A DNA stretch of 63,865 bases, the filler included. It is 6 parts of 6 records of this genome, joined end to end, with 100 filler letters (N's around TTAATTAATTAA, not from the genome) between each part and the next. Parts side by side here need not be neighbours in the genome. Positions count along the whole stretch, not along the records: positions 35,407 to 46,461 come from SRR31156797_43883; positions 46,562 to 58,275 come from SRR31156797_43894; 4 more parts are not named here. The stretch is one strand, 5' to 3'. The notes beneath the pieces were generated by a model that made no database searches, had not been told where the DNA came from, and worked only from the letters and a program-made list of their open reading frames with translations. Below, piece by piece: positions 39,231 to 49,287 of this stretch. A program made the translations under genes and the position numbers. Every line of letters starts with the position of its first letter. The stretch's first letter is position 1.

Positions 39231-39740
39231 TCAGGGGGCTTCCGACATGTGATTGACCATATGGCCGAGCTCCGGGAATATCAGCTGGTTGCAGGCTAAC
39301 TTGCACGCCTTGAGACTGCCGGGCATGCAGAATACCAGGGCTTTGTTGATGATGCCGGCCGTGGCCCTGGAGAGCAGGGCGGCGGAATCGATCTCCTCAA
39401 AGCTGAGCTGGGCAAACAGGGTAGAGAAGGCGGTGAGTTCCTTTTGGAACAGGGGGGAGACGGCCTCCACGGTCACGTCCCTGGGGCTGATGCCCGTTCC
39501 CCCGGTCATGAGAATGGCATGGGGGGCGATCTGGGCGACCACATGGTCCACAAGCTCCCGGATGGCCGTGATCTCGTCGGTGACCACATGGTGAACCACC
39601 ACCTCATGGCCCTCCTTCTTGGCTTGTTTTTTTATCCAGCTGCCGCTCTTGTCTTCGGCAAGGCTCCGTGTGGTGGAGACGGAGATGACGGCCACCCGCA
39701 GGCGGCCCGGATTTTTTTTCTTGTGCAGCAAAGTGCCCAT
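39231..39740 (-). CDS. moaB: MoaB/MogA molybdopterin adenylyltransferase
   Basis: DKSG, TGGTGISPRDVTVEA, SRATAG, MPGS. Confidence 0.9.
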   Translation of the reverse strand: MGTLLHKKKNPGRLRVAVISVSTTRSLAEDKSGSWIKKQAKKEGHEVVVHHVVTDEITAIRELVDHVVAQIAPHAILMTGGTGISPRDVTVEAVSPLFQKELTAFSTLFAQLSFEEIDSAALLSRATAGIINKALVFCMPGSLKACKLACNQLIFPELGHMVNHMSEAP

Positions 39741-39742
39741 GG

Positions 39743-40282
39743 TTAATCTTCCTGTTCGATGAATACCCGGTCTTCGTTGTCGTGCTCCTTGAGGAGGACG
39801 TTGACCGTATCCGAGTGAAGGGTGGCAAGGGTGGTTCCCTTGTAATCGGCCTGGAGGGGCAGTTCCCGGTGGCCCCGGTCCACGAGTACGGCAAGTTCGA
39901 TCCTTGCGGGACGACCGAAATCCATGATGGCATCCATGGCGGCCCGGATGGTGCGGCCGGTAAAGAGAACGTCATCCACCAGGATGATCTTTTTGTGATC
40001 CACGGAAAAGGAGATCTTTGACGGCCTCACAATGGGGTGATGGCTGATCTGGGTCCAGTCGTCCCTGTAGAGGTTGATGTCCATGGCTCCCACCGGCACC
40101 TTAATCCCCTCGATCTTAAGGATCTTTTCCTGAAGTCGCTTTGCAAGAAAGTCTCCCCGGGTCATGATCCCTGCCAGGGCAACGTCCTTTACTCCCTTGT
40201 GGGCTTCGATAATCTCATAGGACATCCGGGTGACTGCCCGCTCAATGTCTTCGGCGTTTAGAATGGTTCTCTGTTTTTTCAT
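39743..40282 (-). CDS. pyrR: PyrR bifunctional regulator/uracil PRTase
   Basis: DINLYRDD, LVDDVLFTGRT, DRGHRELP. Confidence 0.95.
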   Translation of the reverse strand: MKKQRTILNAEDIERAVTRMSYEIIEAHKGVKDVALAGIMTRGDFLAKRLQEKILKIEGIKVPVGAMDINLYRDDWTQISHHPIVRPSKISFSVDHKKIILVDDVLFTGRTIRAAMDAIMDFGRPARIELAVLVDRGHRELPLQADYKGTTLATLHSDTVNVLLKEHDNEDRVFIEQED

Positions 40283-40530
40283 ATATGATCCTTGAAGTAT
40301 AAACAGCACCGGTCCCGCATCCTTTTACGAAAGGCTGGCAACCGTTGCCCATACGCCCGGCAGAAACGGTTTTGCCGGATTTTGATTCCAAATTTATGGG
40401 TAAACTGTTATCATCTTTTTTTCTACTGGGCAACACCTTGATTTTAACTTTCACATACTATACTTATTGGCCCGACGGCTTATTGGAATGTAGTGGGTGT
40501 TGAGGGGCTTATAAACGAGATCGTGATGTA

Positions 40531-41190
40531 ATGAAACATGACTGCACCGGCGTTATCCTGGCTGGCGGCCTCAACAAGAGGCTTCCGGGAATAAAAAAAT
40601 CCTTTCATGAGATCCGGGGCAGGATGATCATGGAGATTATCCATGACCTCTTCTCCTCCCTGTTTGACGAGGTGATCATCGTGGCCAATGATCCCGCGGC
40701 CTTTGCCGGATGGAACGGGACCATTGTCTCGGATATCTATCCCTGCGGATGTTCCCTTGCCGGCATCCATGCCGGGCTCTTTTACGCGTCCACCCGTCAT
40801 GTGTTTGTCTCTGCCTGTGACACCCCCTTTCTCGAAAGGCGGCTGGCCGAGTATCTTCTCTCCCGGACGGGTCCCGGGATCGATGTCGTGATCCCTGATA
40901 CCGACGCGGGAATGGAGCCCCTGTGCGCCGTCTATTCAAAGGAATGCCTGCCCCTGATCGAGCGGAATCTTGAGAACAACATCTTCATGATAAAGAAATT
41001 CTTCAAGATGCGGCGGGTGCGTAAAGTTCCCATGGATAAGCTCCAGGAGCTCGATCCCGGGATCGATTCATTTTTTAACATCAACACCCCGGAAGACCTT
41101 GCCAGGGCAAGGCAGATGGCGGTGAAAAAAGGAGAAACCGATGGATATCAATGCAATGATTCAGCAGATAAAATCCCTGCCCGGCTATGA
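40531..41190 (+). CDS. mobA: Molybdenum cofactor guanylyltransferase
   Basis: ILAGG..KR, ACDTPF, EPLCAVY, FFNINTPEDL. Confidence 0.93.
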   Translation: MKHDCTGVILAGGLNKRLPGIKKSFHEIRGRMIMEIIHDLFSSLFDEVIIVANDPAAFAGWNGTIVSDIYPCGCSLAGIHAGLFYASTRHVFVSACDTPFLERRLAEYLLSRTGPGIDVVIPDTDAGMEPLCAVYSKECLPLIERNLENNIFMIKKFFKMRRVRKVPMDKLQELDPGIDSFFNINTPEDLARARQMAVKKGETDGYQCNDSADKIPARL

Positions 41191-41500
41191 CGGGGTGGGG
41201 ATGATCCTCTGCCACAACGGCGTGGTGAGAAAGGCCACCCGGGAGGGCAGGGAGGTGACAGGCCTTCGGGTGGCGGTGGACCATGAAGGTCTTGAGCGCC
41301 TTGTTGCGGCCCAGAAACAGAAAGAGGGGATCTTGGAGGTGCTTGTTCGCATCGAAGAGGGACGGGACCTTGCCGTGGGCGAGGATATCATGGCCATTGT
41401 GGTGGCGGGGGACATCCGGGAACGGGTGATAGAAACCCTTAGCGACACCCTGGAAGCGGTCAAGACGAAGATCACCACGAAAGAACAGTTTTACAAGTAA
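41141..41500 (+). CDS. moaE: Molybdopterin synthase large subunit (MoaE-like)
   Basis: GMILCHNGVVR, L.VGEDI, VAGDIR, K...KEQF; between mobA and moaC. Confidence 0.8.
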   Translation: MDINAMIQQIKSLPGYDGVGMILCHNGVVRKATREGREVTGLRVAVDHEGLERLVAAQKQKEGILEVLVRIEEGRDLAVGEDIMAIVVAGDIRERVIETLSDTLEAVKTKITTKEQFYK

Positions 41501-41514
41501 GGGATGGAAAATAG

Positions 41515-42006
41515 ATGACAGAGTTTACGCACCTGGACGACCAGGGCAGGGTCCGGATGGTGGATGTGGCGGACAAGGATGTGACAAAGCGGGTGGCCGT
41601 TGCCAGGGGCCGGATCGAGATGACGGCCGATACCATGGAGCGAATCACGGGCCAGAATGTCAAAAAGGGCAATGTGTTTGAAGCGGCTCGGATCGCAGGC
41701 GTCATGGCCGCCAAGAAAACCGCCGACCTGATTCCCATGTGCCATCCCTTGAATATTACCCATGTGCGGGTGGATTTTTTCCCGGACCCGGCCAGCAACG
41801 CCATCGAGATCGAGGCGGAAGCCTCCCTTGCCGGTAGAACCGGGGTGGAGATGGAGGCCCTGACCGCCGTATCCGTTGCGGCCCTTACCATCTACGACAT
41901 GTGCAAATCCTATGACAAGGGCATGGTGATCTCCGACATTCACCTCAAGACCAAGCAGGGGGGAAAGAGCGGCACCTTTGTGGCGGAGCGGTATGATCAC
42001 ACCTGA
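41515..42006 (+). CDS. moaC: Cyclic pyranopterin monophosphate synthase
   Basis: MVDV, LIPMCHP, TGVEMEAL, IYDMCK, GGKSG. Confidence 0.97.
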   Translation: MTEFTHLDDQGRVRMVDVADKDVTKRVAVARGRIEMTADTMERITGQNVKKGNVFEAARIAGVMAAKKTADLIPMCHPLNITHVRVDFFPDPASNAIEIEAEASLAGRTGVEMEALTAVSVAALTIYDMCKSYDKGMVISDIHLKTKQGGKSGTFVAERYDHT

Positions 42007-43162
42007 AAACCTGATGTTCCTGGGCGGCGGGTTCCTGGCCGGGCTGGTCCTGTGCCTGGTGCTCCAGCGCCTGGGACTCTCCATTGTCACCCGGCGGTTG
42101 AGAAGCATTTCGGCTGAGGCGCTCCAGGAGAACTCCAGCCAGTTCCTGGAGCTTGCCGATCATTATTTTGCAGGCTATGTCAAGGAGGCGAAAAAGGACC
42201 TCGGCATCAAGGGTGACGAGATCATCCGTAGCGTTGACCCGGTCCGCCAGGCCCTGGACCGGTACGAGAGCCGTCTGGGCCGGATGGAGCTTGAGCGGGA
42301 AAAGGCCTTTGGTTCCCTTTCCGCCCAGCTGCTGGAGATGGCACGGACCCAGCAGAACCTGCGGAAAGAGACCGGAAACCTGGTGAAATCCCTGCGCCTT
42401 CCCCATGTGAGGGGACGGTGGGGGGAGATTACCTTACGACGGGTGGCGGAGCTTGCCGGCATGGCCGACCAGTGCGATTTCACCGAGCAGCTCCAGAAGG
42501 GATCGGGAAAGGGGGCCCTCCGGCCGGACATGGTGATTCACCTGCCCGGGGACCGCAATATCGTGGTGGACTCCAAGGTGCCCCTTTCCGCATACCTGGA
42601 CGCCCTTGAGGCGTCGACCCGGGAGGAGCGGCGGGAAAAGTTCCGGAACCACGCCCGCCAGGTCCAGGTCCACATCAAGGCGTTGTCCGCCAAGGAGTAT
42701 TGGAAACAGTTCGTTCCCTCGCCCGAGTTTGTGGTGCTCTTCATTCCCGGGGAGAACTTTTTCAGCGCGGCCCTGGCCCAGAAGCCCGATCTCATTGAGG
42801 CGGCCATTGAAAAAGGGGTGGTCCTGGCAACCCCCGCAACCCTGATCTCCCTTCTCAAGGCGGTCTCCTACGGGTGGCGCCAGGAGAAGAGCCACGAAAA
42901 CGCCAAAGAGATCACAAAACTCGGCACCGAGCTGTTCCAGCGTCTCTCCGCCATGGCCGGGAACATGAACCGTTTGGGAAAGGATATCGAAAAGGTGACC
43001 GGAACCTACAACCGAACCGTGGGATCCATGGAAAGCCGGGTCATGGTCTCCGCCAGGAAACTTTCAAGCCTCGGCATTTCCCAGGACGAGGAGATGCCGC
43101 CCCTGGAGCCGGTCAACGGGGAAACACGAATTAAGGAACTTCAGGAGGAAACATGCGCATAG
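41993..43162 (+). CDS. rmuC: DNA recombination protein RmuC
   Basis: RGRWGE, RPD, VDSKVPL, FVVLFIPGE, ATPATL. Confidence 0.93.
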   Translation: MITPENLMFLGGGFLAGLVLCLVLQRLGLSIVTRRLRSISAEALQENSSQFLELADHYFAGYVKEAKKDLGIKGDEIIRSVDPVRQALDRYESRLGRMELEREKAFGSLSAQLLEMARTQQNLRKETGNLVKSLRLPHVRGRWGEITLRRVAELAGMADQCDFTEQLQKGSGKGALRPDMVIHLPGDRNIVVDSKVPLSAYLDALEASTREERREKFRNHARQVQVHIKALSAKEYWKQFVPSPEFVVLFIPGENFFSAALAQKPDLIEAAIEKGVVLATPATLISLLKAVSYGWRQEKSHENAKEITKLGTELFQRLSAMAGNMNRLGKDIEKVTGTYNRTVGSMESRVMVSARKLSSLGISQDEEMPPLEPVNGETRIKELQEETCA

Positions 43163-44367
43163 GATCATTCAGGACCCTGGCTATCTGCGGGGTGGCCCTG
43201 ATCGCCCTTAATATTTTTTCGGGCTGCGGCCATAAAAAACCAGTGCCGGTGACCCGGTATACCTCCCTTTCGCTGCTGGAGCCCGCGGATTATCCGCGAT
43301 TCCATGATGCCCTTGACCGGGAGAGCATTGAGCACTCCCTTTCACAGAGCCTTGTTTACTTCAACCGGGTGCCTGAATCCCGGACCTTCCAATTCGGCCC
43401 GGACGGGTTCGATGCCCGTCACATGCGGCGATCCATGGAGGTGTTCCTGGCGTTCCTCAGGACCGATCCCCTGCCTTCGGCCCTGGACCGGTTTATCCGG
43501 GAGCACTATCACGTCTACGGATCCGTGGGAAACAAGGGGGACGGGGTGCTTTTCACCGGTTACTACGAACCGAGCATGGAAGGCAGCCTCGTTCCGGATG
43601 ATGAGTACCGGTATCCCCTTTTTTCGGTGCCGGATAATCTGTTGACCGTTGACCTTTCCGCCTTTTCCGATAAATACGATGACCTTCCCAGGCTGACGGC
43701 CCGGGTGAACGAGAAGAACCAGGTGGTGCCCTATTTTTCGCGCCAGGAGATAAACTCCCTTGAGAACTTTGAGGCGCGGGCCAAACCCCTTGCCTGGGTT
43801 CGGAACCGGACCGACCGGTTCTTCCTGGAGATCCAGGGGTCGGGCAGGATCAACCTCAAGCAGGGCGGGGTGATGCATGTCCACTACAGCACCAAGAACG
43901 GCCATCCCTACAAGGCCATCGGCCGTTATCTCATCGACCAGGGCGAGATCCCAAGGGAAGAGGTTTCCATGCAGTCCATCCGGGCCTGGCTTGAGAACAA
44001 CCCCGCCCGCCAGGACGAGGTGTTCGACTATAACCCGAGCTTTGTCTTTTTCCAGGAGGAGCAGGGCGGCCCCTTCGGCAGCATCAATGTCCAGGTGACC
44101 CCCATGCGATCCATTGCGACGGACCGGACCCTCTTTCCCAAGGGCGCCCTCTGCTTCATAGAGACGGCGGTCCCCTCCCCTGACAGCCATGAAAGGCCTG
44201 AACTGTGGAAACCCTTTTCCGGCTTTGTTATGAACCAGGATACCGGCGGTGCCATCAAAGGGCCTTCACGGTGTGATCTCTTCTACGGCAACGGCCGGTA
44301 TGCCGAGTTCGGGGCGGGTCACATGAAGCACAGGGGGAACCTCTATTTCCTGGTTTTACGTCGGTAG
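43153..44367 (+). CDS. mltA: Membrane-bound lytic murein transglycosylase A (lipoprotein)
   Basis: Lipobox FSGC, FTGYYEP, IQGSG, NPSFVFF, QDTGGAIKG..R.D. Confidence 0.95.
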   Translation: MRIGSFRTLAICGVALIALNIFSGCGHKKPVPVTRYTSLSLLEPADYPRFHDALDRESIEHSLSQSLVYFNRVPESRTFQFGPDGFDARHMRRSMEVFLAFLRTDPLPSALDRFIREHYHVYGSVGNKGDGVLFTGYYEPSMEGSLVPDDEYRYPLFSVPDNLLTVDLSAFSDKYDDLPRLTARVNEKNQVVPYFSRQEINSLENFEARAKPLAWVRNRTDRFFLEIQGSGRINLKQGGVMHVHYSTKNGHPYKAIGRYLIDQGEIPREEVSMQSIRAWLENNPARQDEVFDYNPSFVFFQEEQGGPFGSINVQVTPMRSIATDRTLFPKGALCFIETAVPSPDSHERPELWKPFSGFVMNQDTGGAIKGPSRCDLFYGNGRYAEFGAGHMKHRGNLYFLVLRR

Positions 44368-44386
44368 GGGGCGGTTTCCCGGAAGG

Positions 44387-44605
44387 TTAGAAATGTTTGC
44401 AGTTCCGATGGCATGCCAGGAATTCGCATTCATCGGAGACCCCGGTGCAGTGGGTCAGGTCCCGGCCGTTTCGTCTCTGCAGGAAAACTTCGAGTTTCGG
44501 ATATACCGGATACTCGAAGTTCGCCCGCCTGTTGCTGTTGCTCCGTCGATCGATAAAGGAACGTCTGTCATTCAAGGCTCTCTTTTCAACATAGTTGGCG
44601 TTCAT
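44387..44605 (-). CDS. Small hypothetical protein
   Basis: Strong AGGAGGT RBS; EKR..DRRS..DRRS..RR N-terminus and Cys-rich C-terminus. Confidence 0.55.
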   Translation of the reverse strand: MNANYVEKRALNDRRSFIDRRSNSNRRANFEYPVYPKLEVFLQRRNGRDLTHCTGVSDECEFLACHRNCKHF

Positions 44606-45004
44606 CAAAGGTGACCTCCTGTTTTTTATTAACGGTTTAATAAAAACACGGTTGATTGGGCCTGGTTTTTTCGCAACTTTTTTTGTTTTTTCTTTAAAAC
44701 GCTGTTATCGGCGCGGTGCAGACGAGGAGTGTGATTCGTATTTACATATTTCAGAGTGACTATATGAATTTTGTTTAGTGAATGAATACAACTCATATCT
44801 TAAAGTTTCTGCCCTGTCAATTAAAAAAAAAGGAGGGCGCGGAAAACCCCGTGGGGTGGATTTTATCTTGCAAATCAGCATCGGGTCGAATATTATTGGT
44901 AGGTTGTTAACACATTTGTCCCGGGCTATACCGGCATGGAAATCCGGTGCCGGGAGCGGGCCCCTTGACCGGGCCGGAACGATTACAGGGAGACGCATTG
45001 ACGC

Positions 45005-45373
45005 ATGATTCCGGGGTTTGAAGCCATTGTTGAAGAGAGAATACGCAAGGCACAGCAAGAAGGGCAGATGGATAATTTGCCGGGGGAGGGCCGGCCGCTG
45101 CCGGATGAAGAGATCGATCCCAACGACGAATTCAGGCTTGCCCACAAGATCTTGAAGAATGCCGGTTTTCTTCCCCCTGAGGTGGCGCTTCGGAAAAAGA
45201 TCTTTTCCACGGAACAGCTTCTTGCATCTGTTGTGCCCGATTCGCCGGAACAGGCGCGTCTCCGGAAAAAACTCGATTTTCTCATGAACCGGCTCAGCAT
45301 GACGCGAAATTCCGCGTCAACGCCGGCTCTTCTTTCCAGATATAGGAAATCTATCATAAACAGGATGTCATGA
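45005..45373 (+). CDS. DUF1992 (DnaJ-related) protein
   Basis: EERIRKAQQEG.MDNLPGEGRPL, ILKNAGFLPPE. Confidence 0.88.
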   Translation: MIPGFEAIVEERIRKAQQEGQMDNLPGEGRPLPDEEIDPNDEFRLAHKILKNAGFLPPEVALRKKIFSTEQLLASVVPDSPEQARLRKKLDFLMNRLSMTRNSASTPALLSRYRKSIINRMS

Positions 45374-45870
45374 AAGCAAAAAAGAAAGATAAAGAAGGGA
45401 TTTTCAAAAGTCTCTTTGCGGCATATTTTGTTATTCTTCTCCATGTGTTTCTCCTTGCGGGAACGGGAATCACCGTTGTCCTTTTCAGGGGGGTCTACCA
45501 CTATCTGCCCTGGATCATGGGCGGACTTGCCGTGCTGATCGTCGCCCTGTTCTGGATCTTTTACATAAAGATGAAACAGAGCAGCAGGGATATGAAGGAT
45601 ATCCTTTCCTTTCCCGAATTCAGGGGACGCACCGTTGAGGTCAAGTTGCTCGGCGGCATGGCCACCTTTACCGTAAAGGGCGGAGAGGGCCACGACGCCA
45701 CGCCCCTGATCGGTCAGGACGGCTTCCACGGCAATGGCGGGCAGCTGCGGCTTGCGGCCCCGGAAGAGGGGATCGAACAGCGGCTTGCGGAACTTGCCAA
45801 ACTCTACGAAGAACAGCTCATCACCAAGGATGAGTTTGACACGGCCAAGAGACGTATCCTTTTCGATTGA
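45370..45870 (+). CDS. Two-TM protein with C-terminal SHOCT domain
   Basis: LAELAKLYEEQLITKDEFDTAKRRIL. Confidence 0.8.
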   Translation: MKAKKKDKEGIFKSLFAAYFVILLHVFLLAGTGITVVLFRGVYHYLPWIMGGLAVLIVALFWIFYIKMKQSSRDMKDILSFPEFRGRTVEVKLLGGMATFTVKGGEGHDATPLIGQDGFHGNGGQLRLAAPEEGIEQRLAELAKLYEEQLITKDEFDTAKRRILFD

Positions 45871-45996
45871 TACCGGTTGCCGGATATCATAGGATACGGT
45901 AAGTCAATTGTTGGAGCGGGCTGTCTCTCTTATTGCCCGCCCCATCAAAAACTGAAGCCCGAAAGTTAAGTGTACAATAACCAGTTGGGGGAAAAT

Positions 45997-46461
45997 ATGG
46001 GAAAGATAAAGCTTGCGCTGTTGTCAGGCGGCATCTCGTCGGAACGTGAGGTTTCCCTGAGCGGCGCCTACCAGGTGTATGATGTTCTGGACAAGGAAAA
46101 ATACGATATTACCAGATACGATCCTGCCACGGATCTTGCGCAGCTGGTCGAGGATGCGGAAAGTATTGATGCGGCCCTGTTGATTCTCCACGGGCCCTAT
46201 GGCGAAGACGGCACGGTACAGGGCCTGCTCGAACTGCTGGACATCCCCTACCAGGGGGCGGGGGTGCTTGGAAGCGCCCTTGCCATGAACAAGCTTGCGT
46301 CAAAGCGGGTGTATGAACAGGCTGGCATTCCGGTTCCGGCCTACCTGGAGTTTGCCAGGGGCGACAAGGTCGATATCCCTGAGTGTGTCCGGGCCCTTGG
46401 CCTTCCCATTGTGGTGAAACCCGTGTCGGCCGGATCCAGCGTGGGCATGACCATCGTCAAA
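45997..46461 (+). CDS. ddl: D-alanine-D-alanine ligase (3' truncated)
   Basis: GGISSEREVSL, LHGPYGEDGTVQG, VVKP..GSSVG. Confidence 0.95.
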
Positions 46462-46561
46462 NNNNNNNNNNNNNNNNNNNNNNNNNNNNNNNNNNNNNNN
46501 NNNNNTTAATTAATTAANNNNNNNNNNNNNNNNNNNNNNNNNNNNNNNNNNNNNNNNNNNN
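46462..46561. other. Contig-join spacer
   Basis: N44-TTAATTAATTAA-N44. Confidence 0.98.
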
Positions 46562-47080
46562 ACATTCCCGTCCGATTTGCGGGAAACTATGAAGGCCGCC
46601 GCCAACAATTTCGGGTACTGCGCAGGGCCCGACGACTGTTATTTAGGCCTCCGCGGAATCCGAAGCCTTGGGGTTCGCATGGCCCGCCATCAGGAAAGCG
46701 GATTGTATTTGGCGAATTGGCTTGCTGGCCGACCCGAGGTAGAAGCCGTCCTGCACCCGGCCCTGCCATCCAGTCCTGGGCACGAGATTTGGAAGCGCGA
46801 TTTTTTAGGCGCTTGCGGGCTTTTTGGTGTCGTTTTGAAACCGGCCGCGAAGAAAGCTGTCGCGGCAATGCTTGACGGGTTAAACCTTTTTTCGATGGGC
46901 TACAGCTGGGGTGGTTTCGAAAGCCTGATTATTCCAACCAATCCGGCCAAAATCCGAACGGCGACACGATGGGAAAACACCGGTCCCACTCTCCGCATCC
47001 ATACAGGGCTTGAAGATGTAGATGATCTGGTTGCCGATCTTGATGCCGGTTTTAAGCGGTTGAATTCCGCTAGCGGTTGA
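46562..47080 (+). CDS. metC: Cystathionine beta-lyase (5' truncated)
   Basis: LRG.RSL, HPAL, WKRDF.G..GLF, GYSWGGFESL, GLED. Confidence 0.92.
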   Translation, partial: TFPSDLRETMKAAANNFGYCAGPDDCYLGLRGIRSLGVRMARHQESGLYLANWLAGRPEVEAVLHPALPSSPGHEIWKRDFLGACGLFGVVLKPAAKKAVAAMLDGLNLFSMGYSWGGFESLIIPTNPAKIRTATRWENTGPTLRIHTGLEDVDDLVADLDAGFKRLNSASG

Positions 47081-47855
47081 TTTTTACAATTCCTGAAATC
47101 GCGAACAAAAGACAAGCTGCAACCACGATCGATGGGCCGGTTGGAGTATCAAGTTTGAAGGATCCGAAAATTCCCGCGAAGACTGCCAACCAGCCGAAGA
47201 AGACCGAAAATCCGGCCATCTGCTCCGGCGTTCGCGAAAATCGACGCGCGGTGGCGGCCGGGATGATCAGCAATGATGTTACCAGAAGAATGCCAACAGC
47301 TTTCATGGCCAACGCGACGGCAATTGCCAACAAGACAACGAATGCGAGACGTGCCCGTTTTACCGCAACTCCCTCGACGAATGCCAAGTCCTGGTGGGTT
47401 GTAATTGCCAGCAAGGGCCTCCAAAGAAATGTCAATGCGACAAGTACTGCCGTGCCGCCGCCAATGACCCAAAAAACATCTGTAGTTGAGACTGCCAGGA
47501 TATCTCCAAACAGGTAGCCGACAAGGTCAACCCGTAGATTTTCCATGAATCCGAGTGCCACTAGCCCCAAGGCGAGTGACCCGTGTGCGAGGATTCCCAA
47601 CAGTGTATCGCTGCCAAGGGCCGGATTCCGTTCGAGCGAAAGCAGCAAAAGCGCAACCGCCAAACAAACTGCAACGACACCGAGAGTCAGGTCGATTCCA
47701 AGCATGAATCCCAGTGCAACGCCAAGCAGTGCCGAATGAGCCAAAGTCCCGCCGAAGAAAGCCATGCGTTGCCAGACAACGAAACAACCGAGTGGCCCGG
47801 ATACCGCGGCAACACCGAGGCCAACAGCGAGAGCGCGAAGGGCGAAATCATCCAT
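47070..47855 (-). CDS. znuB: Zinc ABC transporter permease
   Basis: GPLGCFVVWQRMAFFG, YLFGDIL, DTPTGPSIV. Confidence 0.95.
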   Translation of the reverse strand: MDDFALRALAVGLGVAAVSGPLGCFVVWQRMAFFGGTLAHSALLGVALGFMLGIDLTLGVVAVCLAVALLLLSLERNPALGSDTLLGILAHGSLALGLVALGFMENLRVDLVGYLFGDILAVSTTDVFWVIGGGTAVLVALTFLWRPLLAITTHQDLAFVEGVAVKRARLAFVVLLAIAVALAMKAVGILLVTSLLIIPAATARRFSRTPEQMAGFSVFFGWLAVFAGIFGSFKLDTPTGPSIVVAACLLFAISGIVKINR

Positions 47856-48672
47856 TGTTCGCCTCCTCTTGCTCGATCACTGTTTCCAGCGGTTCAAGCG
47901 TACCGTCCGGAAGATGTCGGTGTCCTGGATGGTGTTGGTAAACAGCATAGGCGTGTGCGATCGCAGAATCGCCGAACAGATCGATATAACTCTGATCCTG
48001 CGTCACCGCTTCTGGGTGTCCGGCACACTGAACTTTCTGGTTTAGGCAGATGACCCTGTCGGTTGCTGCCATGACCAAGTGCAAGTCATGGGAAACCATT
48101 AACACACCGCACTTTCGCTCGTCGCGAATGCGACCGATCAGCTTATAGAGTTCTGCCTGGCCGCCGATGTCTACGCCGCGAACGGGTTCGTCCAGAACAA
48201 GCAAATCGGGATCGCGTAAAAGCGCTCGCGCCAGCAGCACACGTTGCAGTTCGCCGCCGGAAATTTCCTGAATTGGGCTTCTCAAAACATGGTCGGCGCC
48301 GACCTCCTCAAGCGAGGAGATTAGCCTCTTATGTTCCCGTCCGTTTTCTGCAGTGCAGGCAAAAGAAAGAAAACGCCGAACCGTCATCGGCAGGGTGGCA
48401 TCGACCGCCAGTTTTTGCGGCATATAGCCGATGCGCAATCCGGCTCGGCGAACAATTCTGCCTTCATTCGGTTTGATTAGGCCAAGCATCACCCTTACCA
48501 AAGTGGTTTTACCAGCACCATTGGGACCAATAACGGTGACGGCTTCGCCTACGCCGACCTCGGCATGAACCTCGAAAAGTGCGGCAGAACTGCCAAATTT
48601 AACGGTGATTCCTATGGCTTCGATAAGGTTGGATTCGTTCTCAGCCACGATCATGTCCTTTGGGGACTTCAT
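47848..48672 (-). CDS. znuC: Zinc ABC transporter ATPase
   Basis: GPNGAGKT, SGGELQR, LDEP, SHDLHLV, His-rich tail. Confidence 0.95.
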   Translation of the reverse strand: MKSPKDMIVAENESNLIEAIGITVKFGSSAALFEVHAEVGVGEAVTVIGPNGAGKTTLVRVMLGLIKPNEGRIVRRAGLRIGYMPQKLAVDATLPMTVRRFLSFACTAENGREHKRLISSLEEVGADHVLRSPIQEISGGELQRVLLARALLRDPDLLVLDEPVRGVDIGGQAELYKLIGRIRDERKCGVLMVSHDLHLVMAATDRVICLNQKVQCAGHPEAVTQDQSYIDLFGDSAIAHAYAVYQHHPGHRHLPDGTLEPLETVIEQEEANNG

Positions 48673-49180
48673 CTTCAGTTTGCTTGTTTTCGCTTTTGCA
48701 GAAGGGGCAGGTGCCGCTCAACTCAATGGAACGGCTTTCAATCGAAAATCCAGTCTTCTGTGCCACTTTGGTGATTGCTTCGTCTAAAATTTTATCCCTC
48801 AATTCCAATGCCTTCCCGCAATCCCGGCAGATAAGGAACTGCCCTCCATGTCGTTGTCCCGCATTTGCGCAACCGACAAACGCATTCAAGCTTTCAACTC
48901 GGTGAATCAGGCTGTTCTCCAAAAGGAAATCAAGGGCGCGATAAGCGGTTGGAGGCGCGGCCCCTCCTCTTTCAGACCTCAGAACATCCAGAATTTCATA
49001 TGCACCGATAGGTCGGTGACTGCTCCAGACGAGTTCAAGGACGCGCTCACGAAGCGGCGTCAACCTGATTCCCTTTTCCGTGCAGAGCAAACGTGCCTGG
49101 GAAACAGCAGTTTCTACACAGAATTCGTGGTCGTGACCGGGATCCAGGATACTGTCGGAACTGTTGGATTTGGCTTTCAT
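48641..49180 (-). CDS. zur: Zinc uptake regulator
   Basis: Fur family: HDH..C, RLTPLRERVL, PPTAYRAL, CRDC, CPFC. Confidence 0.93.
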   Translation of the reverse strand: MKAKSNSSDSILDPGHDHEFCVETAVSQARLLCTEKGIRLTPLRERVLELVWSSHRPIGAYEILDVLRSERGGAAPPTAYRALDFLLENSLIHRVESLNAFVGCANAGQRHGGQFLICRDCGKALELRDKILDEAITKVAQKTGFSIESRSIELSGTCPFCKSENKQTEDEVPKGHDRG

Positions 49181-49218
49181 CGTATATGTGACCGCTCTCA
49201 CTTGACATGATATTAGGT

Positions 49219-49233
49219 TGTAACGATATAACA
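49219..49233. promoter_or_regulatory. Secondary Zur box
   Basis: TGTAACGATATAACA, a degenerate copy of TGTTATAnTATAACA. Confidence 0.6.
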
Positions 49234-49234
49234 C

Positions 49235-49265
49235 ACTCATAATGTTATAATATAACATTATGAGT
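49235..49265. promoter_or_regulatory. Zur box
   Basis: Perfect 15-1-15 palindrome ACTCATAATGTTATA-A-TATAACATTATGAGT containing ATGTTATAnTATAACAT, between divergent zur and znuA. Confidence 0.93.
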
Positions 49266-49287
49266 AAATAATTACGGACTTAGCAAC

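Noticed and set aside
40283-40530. PyrR-binding attenuator upstream of pyrR
   Set aside because: Hairpins exist but no AGUCCAGAGAGG-type binding loop was seen.
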